Below the pieces are notes generated by a model. That model made no database searches. It had not been told where the DNA came from and saw only the letters and a program-made list of their open reading frames with translations. A stretch of DNA of 64,000 nucleotides from Eledone cirrhosa. Taxonomy: Eukaryota. The translations under genes were made by a program, and so were the position numbers. Positions 26,470-40,649 of this stretch are shown here, one piece after another; within the stretch, counting starts at the first letter, position 1; each line of letters opens with the position of its first letter. The stretch lies in the NCBI GenBank assembly GCA_964016885.1, contig OZ024742.1:63860001-63924000 (forward strand), written 5' to 3'.

Positions 26470-28711
26470 ACCTACTTACCTAAGGCTTTCTTCTCAATCC
26501 CATCTGGTCACAAGTACCATAGTCTTATAAATAAAAACACCATTAAAATCTCCTACTCTACCACACCTAACATAGCATACCATATAGCTAGTAGTAATAA
26601 ACTACAAACCCTAATAACAATAATAACTACAAACCCTAATAACAATAGTAATAATAGTAATAACACTAATGAAATCAATAACATTAGGAACGACAACCAT
26701 CATAGCCCTAATGCAATACCTAGCAACCAGACTTCTACACAACATAATAACCGACAAGATATCATCCAAAATAAATGTAACTGTAGATCAAATAGAACCT
26801 GCCCTTTAGGTAACAACTGCTTAATCAAGGACATCATTTACTCATGCACGGTCAACACTAACAACTCTTCTGAAACCTATATAGGCTCTACTTCGAACTG
26901 CTTCAATACGAGATACAACTTACACCTCCATTCTTTCAAAAAACACAATCTAGCCAACTCCACTTCACTATCTAGCTACATACAATATCTGAAAACTAGG
27001 AATAGATCATATACACTTCAATGGGAAGCGGTAGGTAGGGCTGCATCGTATAAACCACCTAATAAATTGCGTAACATCTGTCTATTAGAGACCCATACTA
27101 TAATCTTTTCGAATCTTAACCTCCTTAATAAAAAAAATCGGAAGTGTTTGCATCATGCCAACGCCGCTTCCGGCACTCTTTCCAAAACTTTAAACCTAGT
27201 ATATAACAATGTCAGATTTGAACCCATCACCACCATTAGCACTTCACCTCTAGGTCTTGCCTTCCACCACTACATCACACTCTCTGATCCACCCTCTACA
27301 TAAATCATTTTATCTATAACTTTATACTCTAGAAATATCCTTATAATCACCATCTTTTAATATAATTACTTTAGATTACTTATAATTATATAGTGATTGA
27401 AATATAATACAGTTTATATAAACTTTAAATATTAAATGTAACAATGAATTATATATATACATTTATAATTAAATGTATAAATTAATAACATTGTATATAT
27501 AGGATTAATTTATTAATATAAGGGATTTGTCTAACTTATATGTAACAATGAATTATATATACATTTATAATTAAATGGATGGATTAATAACATTGTATAT
27601 GGAGCATGAATTTATTTACTCAAGAGCTGTATCTAATTTATCATGCAAACAGCTGTACGTTATTCCATAGCTTACCAAATATTGGGTAGACAAAAATCTA
27701 ATTGGACCTTTAATATGTTTTGAGGGTAGACTGTATTTAAGGCTAATTTAATATAAATATATAGCACTTTGTATGGGAAATTCAATTGTGGCACTATATA
27801 ATATTGGGTAGACAACTTTCTATTGAAACCTTTAATATATTATGAGAGAGTAGACTGTATTTAAAATTAAATATAAATATATAACTTTTTATATAAGGGA
27901 CTCAATTGAGGCACCATATAATGTCTAGTAGAGCAATGAATTTAATTATTATAATGAGCTAGTTACCTCCCCTTACGTATTAGCTCCCCTCAATTACATA
28001 CCCGCTTCCGGATATTGAACCGCTGTAAATTCTCGCAGCTGAAAGACCCTAATCTATAATTATGAATTAAATAACACTAAGTTACAATACATTACAATCC
28101 ATTACTATAACAAACATTCAATACAAATATATCGTAACTTATGTGATGGATGTGAAAACTGTAACTTTCTTTTTCTGCACACATACAAATTTGAACTATA
28201 CAGAAAATATCCTCTCATTGCAACTACCATAATACACTAACATATTCGCTTAAAGTGCTTGTATTTCATGTAATACCTTGCCATACAGTACTCATATATA
28301 CATGATACATTTGCTTGTTCCATCCCTTTATATATGACTAACGCATATACTATCTCTTTAATTTAATTATTAGACTATTCTCTTGCATTATCTGTATTAT
28401 CTTTCACATGTATTCCAACCTATGCTTTTAATGTTGTTTTTAAATTTAATTTTGATTTTAATCTTAATTTGAATTATTGTACAAATATAGTATAATATAA
28501 TATATGTCGCATCAATTCCACACTGTAAACATGAAACTGTTGTCCACAACATCAATATATATATATATGTATCTGTATGTTTCTTCGGTTGAGTAGGAGG
28601 TCAATTATATGTACAAACATTAACATTTCTCCGAAGACTCCAAGCCTAGGTTTGGAAGAAACAACTGTCAGCGAATAAATGTTTTAAACATAACTTTGAT
28701 TCTTGTGAATT

Positions 28712-28713
<2 letters not shown>
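26470..28713 (+). mobile_element. 5'-truncated Penelope-like element: GIY-YIG endonuclease (~26770-27170) plus long 3' region, between (TA)n tracts
   Basis: CNCRSNRTCPLGNNCLIKDIIYSCTV...TYIGSTSNCFNTRYNLHLHSF...TSLSSYI...ICLLE...LLNKK; hammerhead motif near the 3' end. Confidence 0.85.
28626..28674 (+). ncRNA. Hammerhead-like motif (CCGAAGA core) in the Penelope-like 3' terminus
   Basis: CCGAAGA-c TCCAAGC ctag GTTTGGA a-GAAAC-AACT-GTC-AGCGA; homologous to 61577-61625. Confidence 0.6.
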
Positions 28714-28779
<66 letters not shown>

Positions 28780-29208
28780 TCATACACACACACATACACA
28801 CACGCGCTCACACACACACACGCACAGGCATATACACATAAATTAGAGATTGTCACATGCAATCTTGATTAGAAAAATAACTTTCCATTTGTTTGTTCAA
28901 TCATACATGCATAACCAATTGACTAATATGTGTGTGTATGATTGGTAATTACCATAACATGAATACAAACAGAATTTCTCCAAACCATTGCTATTCACAA
29001 GCTCGAGCTAATATTGTCCATACACGTAAACTCAACCTAGCCTAGTTGATACAGACCACACTAGACATATGTAATACTAATCCTGCCCTTCAGAACTATA
29101 CCCTAAACACTTACATCGTATCAACAACCAAACTTCACCAATTACTCGTATAAGGCAACGCGCTTCATCTTGCTGCAACCATCGTATTCTATACACATAT
29201 GTTATCTC

Positions 29209-31017
29209 TTTCTCTTAATTTAGAGTATATTTTTTTTGACCGGCCACCTTCCTAGTGGCAAGGTTGTAAAAGAAAAGAAATTGTCATCCCTTGAATCGCA
29301 AGAATCTTTTGCAAATGTTGAAGGTGCCAGCTATCGCAGCCATTTGTAGACTATGAATCAGGGAGCTGCGCTCTTTGTCCGCAAATCCAAGTTCAGTCAT
29401 ACTTTGGTCCAAGCGGGTTGGTATATAACCCGTAGCTCCAATAATGATGGGTATGAAGCTAAAGGTGTATCTTGGATACTGGATTTGTAAACTCCTCATC
29501 GATGGTCCGTAGATGTCCTCCTTCTCCTGTATTTTTCTGACAACGTTTACATCAAGTGGGCAGCAGATCTCCGCAACAGAACACGTTTTCAATGTGTGGT
29601 CGCAAACAACAATATCAGGCCGCTTGCGCAAACAACAATATCAGCCGTTTGTTGTTAATTTTGTTTTCCGAAGTGCGTTCCAGATGGTTCTAGCTATCCC
29701 ATCGTGTCTCATGGGGAGGTAGTAGCGAGATGACATTCTTTCGCAGCTGGCAACAATGTGGCTTACATCCTCGATCTTTGTTTTACATAGCCTACATTTA
29801 TTGTCAGCTGATGGCCCTCCTCTTTTGTGCAGCAGATATTTGGTAGGGAGTTCTTGTTCCTGTATTGCATAGAGATATCCTTCAAGGTGTGATGTCATAA
29901 ACTTGTCGGAACTCCTTGCCAGGCTTTTTGAGTGGTTTATCCCCTCTATGATCTGTGTTTTACGTCTCAAGTATCCATGCACAACTTTTTCTGTAAATTG
30001 GTCAATTTTTTCATCTTGTTTGAACATTGAATAGGATCTTCCGATTTCCCTGGGTGAGAGATTTATATCAAGCTTTATTCCATATCTCTCCTCCAGATCA
30101 GTGGCTATTCTAATGATTTTTTTTTTCATGCTCATAAACCTGGACAAGATGGTTGCCAACCTTTTTTCCTCTGTTGAAGATGTTGCTTCAGTGTTACTAT
30201 CCGGGTCTCATATGATGTTAATATGGATTTTAGACCCCGGCCACCTTCCTTGCGTAAGAAGTATAGCCTATCCACATCACCATTGATGTTAAAGTTGCCA
30301 GTAACACTGAGAAGTTTGCGAGTTCTAACATCCATCTCACTTAGTTCTTGCAGTGACCAGTTCAGCGGGCCAAATGTTGGCGTTAGAATTGGCACAGCAT
30401 ATTGTGGGAAATGTATTTGTTGTACGCTGACAGTTCTGATGACCATATTTTCTTTACTCTTCTGAGGTATTCAGTTCTGGTTCTCTCCTTATTTATGGGT
30501 CCATCATATCTGACATTCTCATCCTGTCCAAGATATCTGTAGTTGTCACCTGACTGTAGATGTATTGTCAGGCCGTTCATCTCTAGATTTCTAGAGGGGG
30601 GCACAGCTCTTCCACGTTTTACTGCCAAATATGCACACTTGGACTCATCAAATTTCATTTTGATGTCTGTTGAAAATTGTGTAATGAGGTCCAATTGTTT
30701 CTTGATGTCATTGATATTTGGCCCATACAACTTCAGGTCATCGACAAAGAAAAGATGGGAGATACTTCTGGACCCACTTCTTTGTCCACCTTGTTTCCTG
30801 AGTAGGTAAGATAGTGGATTTAGTGAGAGAACGAAGAGTAGCACTGACAAGCTATCACCCTGAAAGATGCCCTTCTGGTAATGTATCTTATCAGTCTTAA
30901 CTTGCTCCTTCTCACCTCTAAGGATCAAATTGGTGTACCAGTTCTTGGTCAGACGTTCAACAGCAGATACCAGTGGTTGTGGGACTTTGGCTAACTGTAA
31001 AGCCTTAACAATCCAGT
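29209..31017 (-). mobile_element. 5'-truncated R4/Dong-like LINE (second subfamily)
   Basis: GIFQGDSLS, FFVDDLKLY, CRLCKTKIEDVSHIVASC, RHD, RPDIVV and EICCP in frameshifted ORFs. Confidence 0.9.
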
Positions 31018-31094
31018 ATGTATGTATATATGTATGTATGTATGTATGTAAAGCCTTAACAATCCAGTATGTATGTATATATGTATGTATGTAT

Positions 31095-31870
31095 GTATAT
31101 ATGTATGTATGTAAAACGTAAAACAAACAAATCATTGAATATTGGCTGTTGGAATGCACGGACACTGCTTGACAGTGATTCCTCAGAACGTTCTGAACGA
31201 AGGACCGCTCTTGTTGCGAAGGAGCTTCATCGTTATGATCTTGACATCGTTGCTTTATCTGAGACGAGGTTAGCTGGAGATGGTCATCTTACGGAATATT
31301 GTGGAAAAAAAACATTCCTTCGGTAAGGGGGAGATGAAGGGCTTATAAGAGAGGCTGGAGTATCATTTGCTGTTAAGACTGCTCTTGTGGATAAATTGGA
31401 AGAATTCCCAGTGGAGATTAGTGAGCGTCTTATGTCCATGAGAATTCCGTTGGACAAAGGAAGGTATGCGGCCCTGGTGAGTGTTTATGCTCCAACTAAG
31501 AATTCTATTGATGAGGAAAAAGTATCTTTCGACCATGCTTTGAAAGGTGTTATAAGAAATATCCCTCAGGCAGATAAGGTTATCGTGCTGGGTGACTTTA
31601 ATGCTAGAGTGGGTAGGAATTTTAACACATGGACTGTAATCGGAAGGCATGGGAGTAGGAAAGTGTAACAGCAATGGTGTGCTTCTGCTGCAGATGTGTG
31701 AGGAGCTGGATCTGTGTGTTACCAAACCATGTTTCAGCAAAAGAATAAGTTTAAGACCTCATGGATGCACTCTGCATCTAAAGAATGGCATCCTTGTCAG
31801 GGTGTGTGACAGACGGGATGTGCATTTTTTGCGATGCATGGTATTACTGACCATAGGAAAGTCCCCAGCA
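31095..31870 (+). mobile_element. RTE (BovB-like) LINE apurinic endonuclease fragment
   Basis: LNIGCWNARTLLD...ERRTALVAKELHRYDLDIVALSETR; VSVYAPT; VLGDFNARVG. Confidence 0.88.
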
Positions 31871-32022
31871 GTACTAAAAAGCCACGTCCGTGATGCTCAT
31901 GCTTAACTATCAAGCGATGGCATTACTTGAAATTGAGTTGCAGCCATCATGTATGAATGTAACTAGTACAATAAGTAAAACAAAGCTAACTATAACTTAA
32001 ATGTCTATACTAGATCTAAAAT

Positions 32023-32107
32023 ATCATCCATAATTCCTACCTCAGACATCATCCATAATTCCTACCTCAGACATCATCCATAATTCCTACTTCAGACATC
32101 ATCCATA
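32023..32107. repeat. 25-bp minisatellite, ~3.4 copies
   Basis: ATCATCCATAATTCCTACCTCAGAC repeated. Confidence 0.9.
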
Positions 32108-32459
32108 TTTTCTGACTCTTACTCCGTACACCCAACTACCAGCCTGAATACCGGTATGGAGGAGACAGACTTTTTAAAGCTGTAGCTGTCATATTACGCA
32201 ATTTCTCTATAATAATAAACAAACATTATTATCTGCACTGACTACGACCCGACTGCGTAATAATCTACAGCAACCAGACCTATTCCCCGTGACTAACAGA
32301 TAAATTTATTTTAAAATGTTAGGGCGCTATCCAGCTTAACAAACCGAAATCTCTGTAATCATCATTAGCCCCAAACAAACCCACCCAGAACCATTTGAAA
32401 TTACAAATAATTATTTAAGGCATAAAACGTAACTTACTTTAAAAAAAAAAGACACTATG

Positions 32460-32490
<31 letters not shown>

Positions 32491-32847
32491 GTATGTATGT
32501 ATGTATGTATGTATGTATGTATGTATGTATGTATGTATGTATGTATGTGTGTATGTGTGTGTGTGTGTGTGCGTTTGTGTGTATGTGTGTGTGTTTGCAT
32601 ATGCATGTGTGTGTTTGTGTGTAGTATGAATAAATACTTCGAAAATAAAACGAATTTAAGTATTTCAAATAGTAAAGTTTAGCAAAGGGCTCAGCGAAGA
32701 AGAAGCATGCAATTTCAGGGTGATAATATATATATTATATATAAAAAAAAGACTTAGGAGAAAGTTATAAATTAGAAGGGTCATACTGCCAATAAAAAAA
32801 CACAAGGCAGTGGAGTTTCCCTTCAGTTTTTATTATTAAATAGGTAA

Positions 32848-32960
32848 GGGCGATGGGTTGGCAGAGTCGTTAAAACATCGGATAAATGTTTAGCAGTATT
32901 TATTCTGGCTCTTTACATTTTGAGTTCAAATCCCGCCGAAGTCAACTTTGCATTTCACAT
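32848..32960 (+). mobile_element. SINE 5' part (tRNA-like head with GAGTTCAAATC B-box)
   Basis: tggcagagtcgt...gagttcaaatcccgccgaagtcaactttgc. Confidence 0.7.
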
Positions 32961-33152
32961 CATAATGTCTTTTTAAGATACGTTATATTCTATATTGCCC
33001 CAGTTCACCAGTAAGAATAAGGACAAGGTGCTCACCCAGTTTTAAAATTCCTTCCTTCCTTTCCACCAGTACCGTGAGTAGTGGCCACTGCCCTTCTCTC
33101 CCGCACTAAACAACATAAAAAACGCTTATATTACTTGTGATAGAGAGTTGTT

Positions 33153-33184
<32 letters not shown>

Positions 33185-33845
33185 TTCTCTTTCTGTTTTC
33201 TTTCTAAAGGTAGAGAGAGAGAGAGGAGGGGAGATCCTTATCTTCATGGTTCGATATCACTGAGTGGGCATTTTGGCAAGTGTTATTTACCATAGCCTAA
33301 GGTCGACTGACGCCTTGGATAAGTTTCTATAAACGGAAACATGCTGAATCTCCCTGAGAATTACATTATGGTTATATGTGTCTGTGGAATGCTCAACCAT
33401 TTACACGTTAATTTCATGAGCAGGCTGTTCTGCTAATCAAACGACTGCAACATTCATCATTGAAACCGACGGTGGCCCATTCCATCTTGAAGGAAATTTT
33501 TCTCCCATTAAAGGGCTTCTAGAATAATCATTTTTAGTTTAGACACAAGTAAATGACATTTGCTTAAGATGCCACCCACTAGGATCGAACTTATGAGCTT
33601 ATGATTGCAAAGTGAACTTCTTAACCATTCAACAATGGTGTATTCTGTGCATTAATAATGCCTTTATCTCTTCTTTAAGCTTTCAACTGTTTTGCTGTTT
33701 ACAATGTGTATATTGGTGTTGACTGCTGTATGTGTTTCATGTGTGTGCACATACATCTCACGTTGCTACTTTAGCGAGCAGTCTACCGCAGTATCCGTTG
33801 TCTACGCTTTGAAATGACCTTTAACCTGCTGTCTAACTTTTCATG

Positions 33846-34624
33846 AATGACTGGTCGATATAAAAGGGCAATCAACCCACATCAGTATCCTTCTCAAATT
33901 GAACCTGATAACATCAGTATAACACATTTTGCCTACAGACGTGTCATTTTAACAGAAAAAACAACAGTTGCATTTTTACTGGAAAACAATCTCTTGGATG
34001 CATCACAAAAATACAGCCCTCGAAAGGGGTGCCAAACTTCACGTTCTGTTCGGAAAGGAAACTCATTTTTCCAATACAAATACATCTACAACAAATTACA
34101 CTGCAGACGCAAGATTTGCTGGTCGACGGAAATACAATCGTGGGAGGATGCTAAATGGCGACAATGTTCCTCTCTCTGAAGATAGTGATGAAGATACACA
34201 AAACAACAAGAACCATGGACGTAAAGTTGATGGTCCTTGGGTCTTTGGTCTCAAACAAGGCTCTGAGTGTCGATACTTTTATGCGGAGCAGCGTGACAGA
34301 AACAATGTATTAACCATCATTGAGCAGGAATGTGAAAAAGGTTCAGTGATTCATTCGAATGAATGGCCTGCATATGGTAATCTAAATCGCCATTTTATTT
34401 TGAAACATCAAAAACATTATGTGGATCGAGTGAGAGGAACACACACTCAGGCTGTTGAACGATCATGGTTAGATTCCAAAACAAGAATTTTAAAGAAAAT
34501 GAGAGGCGTTAGTAGTGAGCATTTCCAGTCACACCTTGACCTCTTTTGTTGGAAAGTATTGAAACAAGATGCAACAGATTTGTCTCTGGCATTTTCAAAT
34601 GGTATACGAAGTATGTATCGTTAA
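33846..34624 (+). mobile_element. Merlin (IS1595/ISXO2-like) transposase pseudogene
   Basis: RRKYNRGR, GPWVFG, GSVIHSNEWPAY (catalytic D appears as N), H..YVD...GTHTQAVERSW; N-terminus frameshifted. Confidence 0.85.
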
Positions 34625-34659
34625 TTAAAGGATTTTTGATCAGTTATGAAGCACTGATA

Positions 34660-34805
34660 AATAATTGTTTCTACTTTAGGCACAAGGCCAGCAATTACCC
34701 AGTGCATTACTGGTACTTTATTTTATCGACCCCGTAAGGATGAAAGGCAAAGTCAACCTCGGCGGGATTTGAACTCAGATCGTAAAGGGACGTAACTATG
34801 CTGGA
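34660..34805 (-). mobile_element. SINE (GTCGATAAAATAAAGTACCAG family)
   Basis: Reverse complement of the family core. Confidence 0.8.
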
Positions 34806-35398
34806 TAAGCACTGATAAATAATGATTGCTAATGTTCTATTGTTTTGATTATTATGATTCTGGTTGTTATGATTTTTATGATTGGGTGTATGTTGTTAAT
34901 AATATTTTCATCTTGCAATATAAAGTTTTTGTTGTGAAGGTAGGCTACATAGTGAGGTGTAAAAGTGCTGGTAGACCGCACATTAAAGTGCAAATGGCCT
35001 GGTAAACCACACGCTATAGTAGCACCCATACCACTCTGAAAGATCTTTCACACACACACATACTCAAATACAGATACTTAAATACACAACATAGACACAG
35101 ATGCATCACATACTCTAATGCACACACACACATATATACTATATATATATATAAGTTGACGGGACTAGCATGGGTTTCACTGCTAGTACCGGTTGCATCT
35201 CAGCGTACTCAATAGGTAATGTTATGTAAAATCCCAGAGTAGACACATAGTTATTCGCTTCAATACAACACGCGTAAATGGGAACCTTCAATCTATACCC
35301 GAACTCGAGTTTCAGCCACACTTAATGTAGAGAGAGAGAGGGAGAGAGCATAATAGATAGAATGATAGAGATAGATTGGAAGATAGATAGATAGATAA

Positions 35399-35469
<71 letters not shown>

Positions 35470-36780
35470 TGTTTCTTTATTAGCCACAGGGGCACAAAAG
35501 AAGGGGACAAATACAAATGGGGAAGTTCACATACAATAAAAACGTGTAAAATGCTATCACAAATGTAATTTAAAAATTAATCGATTTTCCCCAATAGGGG
35601 GAGACATTTCATATGGGTAACACATACCCCAGAAAAAATGTGCAATAGATAGATAGATACATGGTAATATTGGGTTGAAGATTCATAGATATAAAACATT
35701 CAACGTACAGTTGGGGACGGGATGACTCCTAACATGTAGCTGAATAGTATATATAATGTCATATATAGCTTAGTAGACTGCTACTCGACTAATTCCTCCA
35801 TACGTACGTGTACACGTGAGGGTGTGTGTATGTGTATGGGGGAAATGTGTGCGTGTGAGTGTGTGCATGTGCTTGCGCCCGCATGTGCATTTGTCTACAA
35901 ACGCACGCACACATCCGTAAAAATATGTGTACGTTTCGTTGTACCATCTCTGGAATTACTGTAATGTATACATGACATAGTTTATCTAGCTCAAGAGTAC
36001 CGACAACACTCTATAAAATACACACATGCTTTAGATCATTAGAATACAAAAGTTATGCGGCATTTCCAGTATGAGAGAAGTTGTTATAGAAGGCCTAATA
36101 CCTTTACACATGTGCGTGTGTTCTCCATGTCTAATATGCCAAGATATACATATCGAACAGGAGATTTGTGTATTTAGTCTAACCTATGGCTCACACTTAT
36201 ACAAACTGCTATTGGAACCATCTTAGTGGACAGATTTCACGCCTCCTCTTTCCTGTATCAGTAACAATGAGGCGAACCATGGTTGGACCATTAGACACAA
36301 CTTTCGTTTCAAATTTCTCACCAATATAACTATTATTCACAAAATGTATGTAGTATATACACACATGTATATGTTTGTGTGTATGTTTTTATATCATCAT
36401 CACTATCATCATCACCATCGATTTTTTTTTTCAATGGGGTGTTTTGATGCAATGTTTTACAGTCGGATATTGTTCTAGATGCCAAAAAGTTTAGTCACGT
36501 GTTACGACGTGTTGGGATGCGGTGTGCCTATTCTAAAGACAAAGTATAGTAGCGAAGTCCGTTTTAGTCTGCAGTGGATGAAATTTCTCTAGTTTTGGTG
36601 TCACAATGGAACATACTCACCAAACCCTGTTAGGTGGTGGGCGAACAAACCAAGACAGCTAGGATAGAGGCGGCCCTTTGGTCTTGTCAAGGATTTGACA
36701 AACTCTCTAGTGTTGATGCCTCGATGCCAGCATCGAAAATAGCTGTAAAATTATAATATACATTCATACATACATAGATG

Positions 36781-37080
36781 ATGATGGCTGCCCCCTCGTT
36801 ATCGAGTATGGCCATTGCACGATATAACATTATTAATAATTATCAATTAATTCTATCGTGCAATGCCTGTGCGTGAAGATTTTTTTAAAGTGAGGAGAGA
36901 CTGTGCACTGAGCCAATCCCACTCTCTGAGCGACAGTAGCTATAACCCGAAAAGAAGAAAAGATCAACATCATCGGTAACTACTGAGCCGCAGTTTTTAT
37001 ATCGGAGTTAACCCAGTTTCCTGAGTTGCCTTCTCCTAGAACAATGCCCTGACAAAGGCTAGGGGCCCTTCACTCCCAGT
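36781..37080 (-). mobile_element. RTE-associated 5'-region fragment; related copies at ~37970-38575 (-) and ~63075-63480 (+)
   Basis: Shared blocks atg.tggctgcc..ctcgtt.tcgagta.ggcca and gagtt.ccttctcctaga...gacaaaggcta; RTE link is from recall. Confidence 0.5.
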
Positions 37081-37569
37081 GGTTTAATCGCACGATCGGG
37101 TATCCAGCCCGATTATTTCTATGACCTCGCGCATATATATACACATGCATACATGTATATACATATATACATATATATACATACACATGCATACATGTAT
37201 ATACATATATACATATATATATATATATACTATAAAGTATGTCCATAGAATCATTTGATAATATATATACACCATTTCCTCTCCCAATTAGTATAATTAA
37301 CCACACAAAAAATCAATTAGACCAGGCTATAAGATTAAAAGGCACCTATGAAGAAATAGTAAATAAATTCACGACAGCAATCTCTTCGCGGCCGACCTCC
37401 ATAGAATATTTACCCAACATTTCAACAGCACATAGAAATCGATTAAATATACAGTCAACCATACACAATTAGGTATAAAATTAAAGTTAGAAATGCTTAT
37501 ATACATACCAGGATTATATGTTTTAACGGTTTGTTCTCCTATATTTATTTACTCTATTTATTTCTCCAC

Positions 37570-37633
<64 letters not shown>

Positions 37634-37661
37634 GCATACATGTATATTCATATATACATAT

Positions 37662-37848
37662 ATAGGAAAATGTATGACCCCGACGGCAGAGCTCCAGCCG
37701 TTTCGACGGCTATTTCAGTCCAGAAATAGCCGTCGAAACGGCTTGAGCTCTGCCGTCGAGGTCATACATTTTCCTATTACCCACTCTACTACCCTAAGTA
37801 TTGAGTACTCTGGTACGTTATGGTCCATCTGGTTCCTTACCACAACTC
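37662..37848. repeat. Fold-back element (55-bp arms 37662-37716/37723-37777) plus ~70-bp tail, in TA-rich microsatellite
   Basis: Arms are reverse complements; tail matches 54233-54300 in reverse. Confidence 0.88.
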
Positions 37849-38699
37849 CTTCATTATATAGATATAGATATATACGTACACATGCATACATGTATATGCA
37901 TATATACATATATATATATATATATATACATACACATGCATACATGTATATTCATATTTACACATTTTTGGATGGCCGTTGACCCTTATGAGTTCTTCGG
38001 CCCTTTATCAGGTTTTGTTTTTTGTCCTGCAGGGTGTCCAAAATCACCCTCCTCACCAAGTAAACTTGGTGAGGTTGCCAGTTTAGTCGCCAATGACCCG
38101 ACCATGCGACAGTGGCACTCAAGCGTGACCCGACATGTACATACATGCATACATACATATATGGTGGCTGCCAACTCGTTTTCGAGTACGGCCACTACTT
38201 TATATCCATGTAGGAGAACCCCTACCGATGCGCTGAACGAGTGTGACTTTTTAGTCCAGCCAGCGACTTGAAAACTCTGGTACAAACACTACACTTGTGA
38301 CAATTATTGACACAAAGTGCTGGGCCCATGGTATCATGTGACGACAAATGCAGAGAGATCTCCAGATATAAAGCAATGCCTGTGTCGTGAAGCTTTTATA
38401 GTGAGAAAAGGCACTGCACAAAGCCAGTCCCACTCTCTTAACCAAGATGATATTTACCAAAAAGAAGAACAAGTCAACATCATTGGATACCATCAGGGTT
38501 GCAGGTGTTATATCAGAGTTTTCCTTCTCCTAGAATTCTGCCTTGACAAAGGCTAAGGGGTCATCTCTCCCGGACATGTACATACATGCATACATACATA
38601 CATACATACATACATACATACATACATACATACATACATACATACATACATACATACATACATTCTTACATACTGGTTGTCTGCTCAATGTAAAGCTTG

Positions 38700-40620
38700 A
38701 CCACTTCAGTGTACATGATGCTCAGTTCTGGCATAAGACCTTATGTAACTTTTTAGACTAGTTACACTTTTATAAAGCTGTCCACATAAATTGCATATTA
38801 TTTTTGGTGCAGTTTGGACTGCCTGTGTATCTTGATGAACCTTGAAATGTCTCTTTAGACCTCCTTGAGATTTGTAGATTTTGTCGCATATATGGCATTG
38901 ATAAGAGTGAACTGGTTTGTAAATTCTATAGTCAGTTGAATATTCTATGTGTGCTCTTATATGAGATTGAAGTTCAACCTCTGAGAGGAAGATTCTGTCA
39001 CAAACTGTACAAGTGGAGAATAGCTGGGTTTTTTTTTTCATACTTAATATTTACTTGCATTAGCCTGTTTTGCTGAAAGGTTTTCACACCAACCCATATT
39101 TTTGAATGCCAGGTAGGGCAATCCCCTATGAGACTTTCCAGGTTTCTGGGGTCAATTCCTACATTCTTCAAGTTTTCCTTCAATGCATCCTTGAACCTTT
39201 TCTTTGGTTTACCCAGTTGTCTTTTTCCCTGAGCAAGTTCCCCATAAAATAGTTTCTTAGGTATATGCTCATCTGCTATGTAGTAGACAATATGTCCAGA
39301 TCACCGCAGTTGGTCTTTCTAAATTATTGCCTGGATGGAACAAATACCAGATACAGCTAGAATGTTAGAATCAGGAGTGAATAAATTCCATTTTGTTTTC
39401 AGAATATGGCGTAAGCATTTTTGATGGAATTGTTCCAGGAGTCTAAAATGATATTTGTAACATGACCAAGTTTCAGAACAGTACAGAAGAGAGGATAACA
39501 CAAAGGATCAATAAACAGATATTTTTGTTTCATTCTTGATATATCGAGACTCTAAACTACCAAAAGATTTCACTGCCTTTTGAATCCTTAGAGATATTTT
39601 TGAATCCAATGTTCCATCTTTATTCACTTCACTCCCAAAGTAAATGAAGTATTCAATAAACTTTAAAAGGTTACCCTTCACACATATTTTGGGTTGCTGC
39701 ACAACTTGTCCAGGTGCAGGTTAACATAAAACTACCATTTTCTTTAAATTTATAGCCAAACAAAAGATATCAAATGCAGAAATTAACAATTGCAATCTCT
39801 GTTCAGTTTGACTGACAATTTCCCAGTCATCAGTAAGCAGTAGGTCTCTTATTAGTGAGGTGATCACTTTGCCCTTAAAGTTCATCCATGCTAAATTAAA
39901 GACATTTCCTGAGGAACGAAATCATACATATACGCCTTCATTGTTGTTTTGGAAAGTATGATAGAACACGGCAGAAAAGTATTTTACAAAGAGAGTAGGT
40001 GCATCAAGGTCTTCCTGTTTCACACATTTTCCCACTGCAAAAGGCTCAAAGAGTGTGCCCCAAAATTCTTTCTGGCTTTCATGCCTTCACGAAGACCTTT
40101 CAATATATTTACAAACTTTTGAGGGCATCCAAATTTAGACAAAACCAACCATAAGGCATTCCTATTAACAGTATCAAATGCTTTACTGAGATCAACAAAA
40201 TAATGGTACAGAGTGCGGTTCTGTTCAATACGTTTTTCCTGCAGTTATCTGATTGTGCAGATCATATCATTAGTGCCTCTGTACACAGGAAAACCACATT
40301 GTTACTCTGATACGACTCTTGGTACTATAAACTTATGAATCCGTTCAAAAAGGACACGTGCTAAAAGCATACCAACGACAGACAATAGGGAAATGCCAAT
40401 TACCACATTGGTCTTTGACACCGTACTTGAAAAGGGTGACTAGTATAGCATCAACTCAGTCTTGTGGTACTTCCTCCTTCCTCCAACAATGGAGTATTAC
40501 AGCATTAATACCATCCATTCCAGGATATTTATTGCTATTTAGTTTCTGTACGACAGAAGCAATGTCATTTCTAGTGGTTCTGATGCCATTTCATCTACAA
40601 TTGGGTAGTTTTTCATTGAT
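38700..40620 (-). mobile_element. RTE LINE RT and C-terminus with three C2H2-like zinc fingers, degenerate
   Basis: FVDLSKAFDTVNRNALW, LLYCSETWSCY, FHQKCLRHIL, KRFKDALKENLK; then CTVC..H...H, CHIC..H...H and CNLC..Y...Y. Confidence 0.88.
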
Positions 40621-40649
40621 TTAATAATGTTTATGTTGACATTAGATGG

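Noticed and set aside
33968-34624. Bacterial IS1595 or horizontal transfer
   Set aside because: Eukaryotic Merlin elements explain it; the copy is decayed and sits among host repeats
38706-39041. Host C2H2 zinc-finger gene
   Set aside because: Continuous with the RTE RT C-terminus and lacks TGEKP linkers
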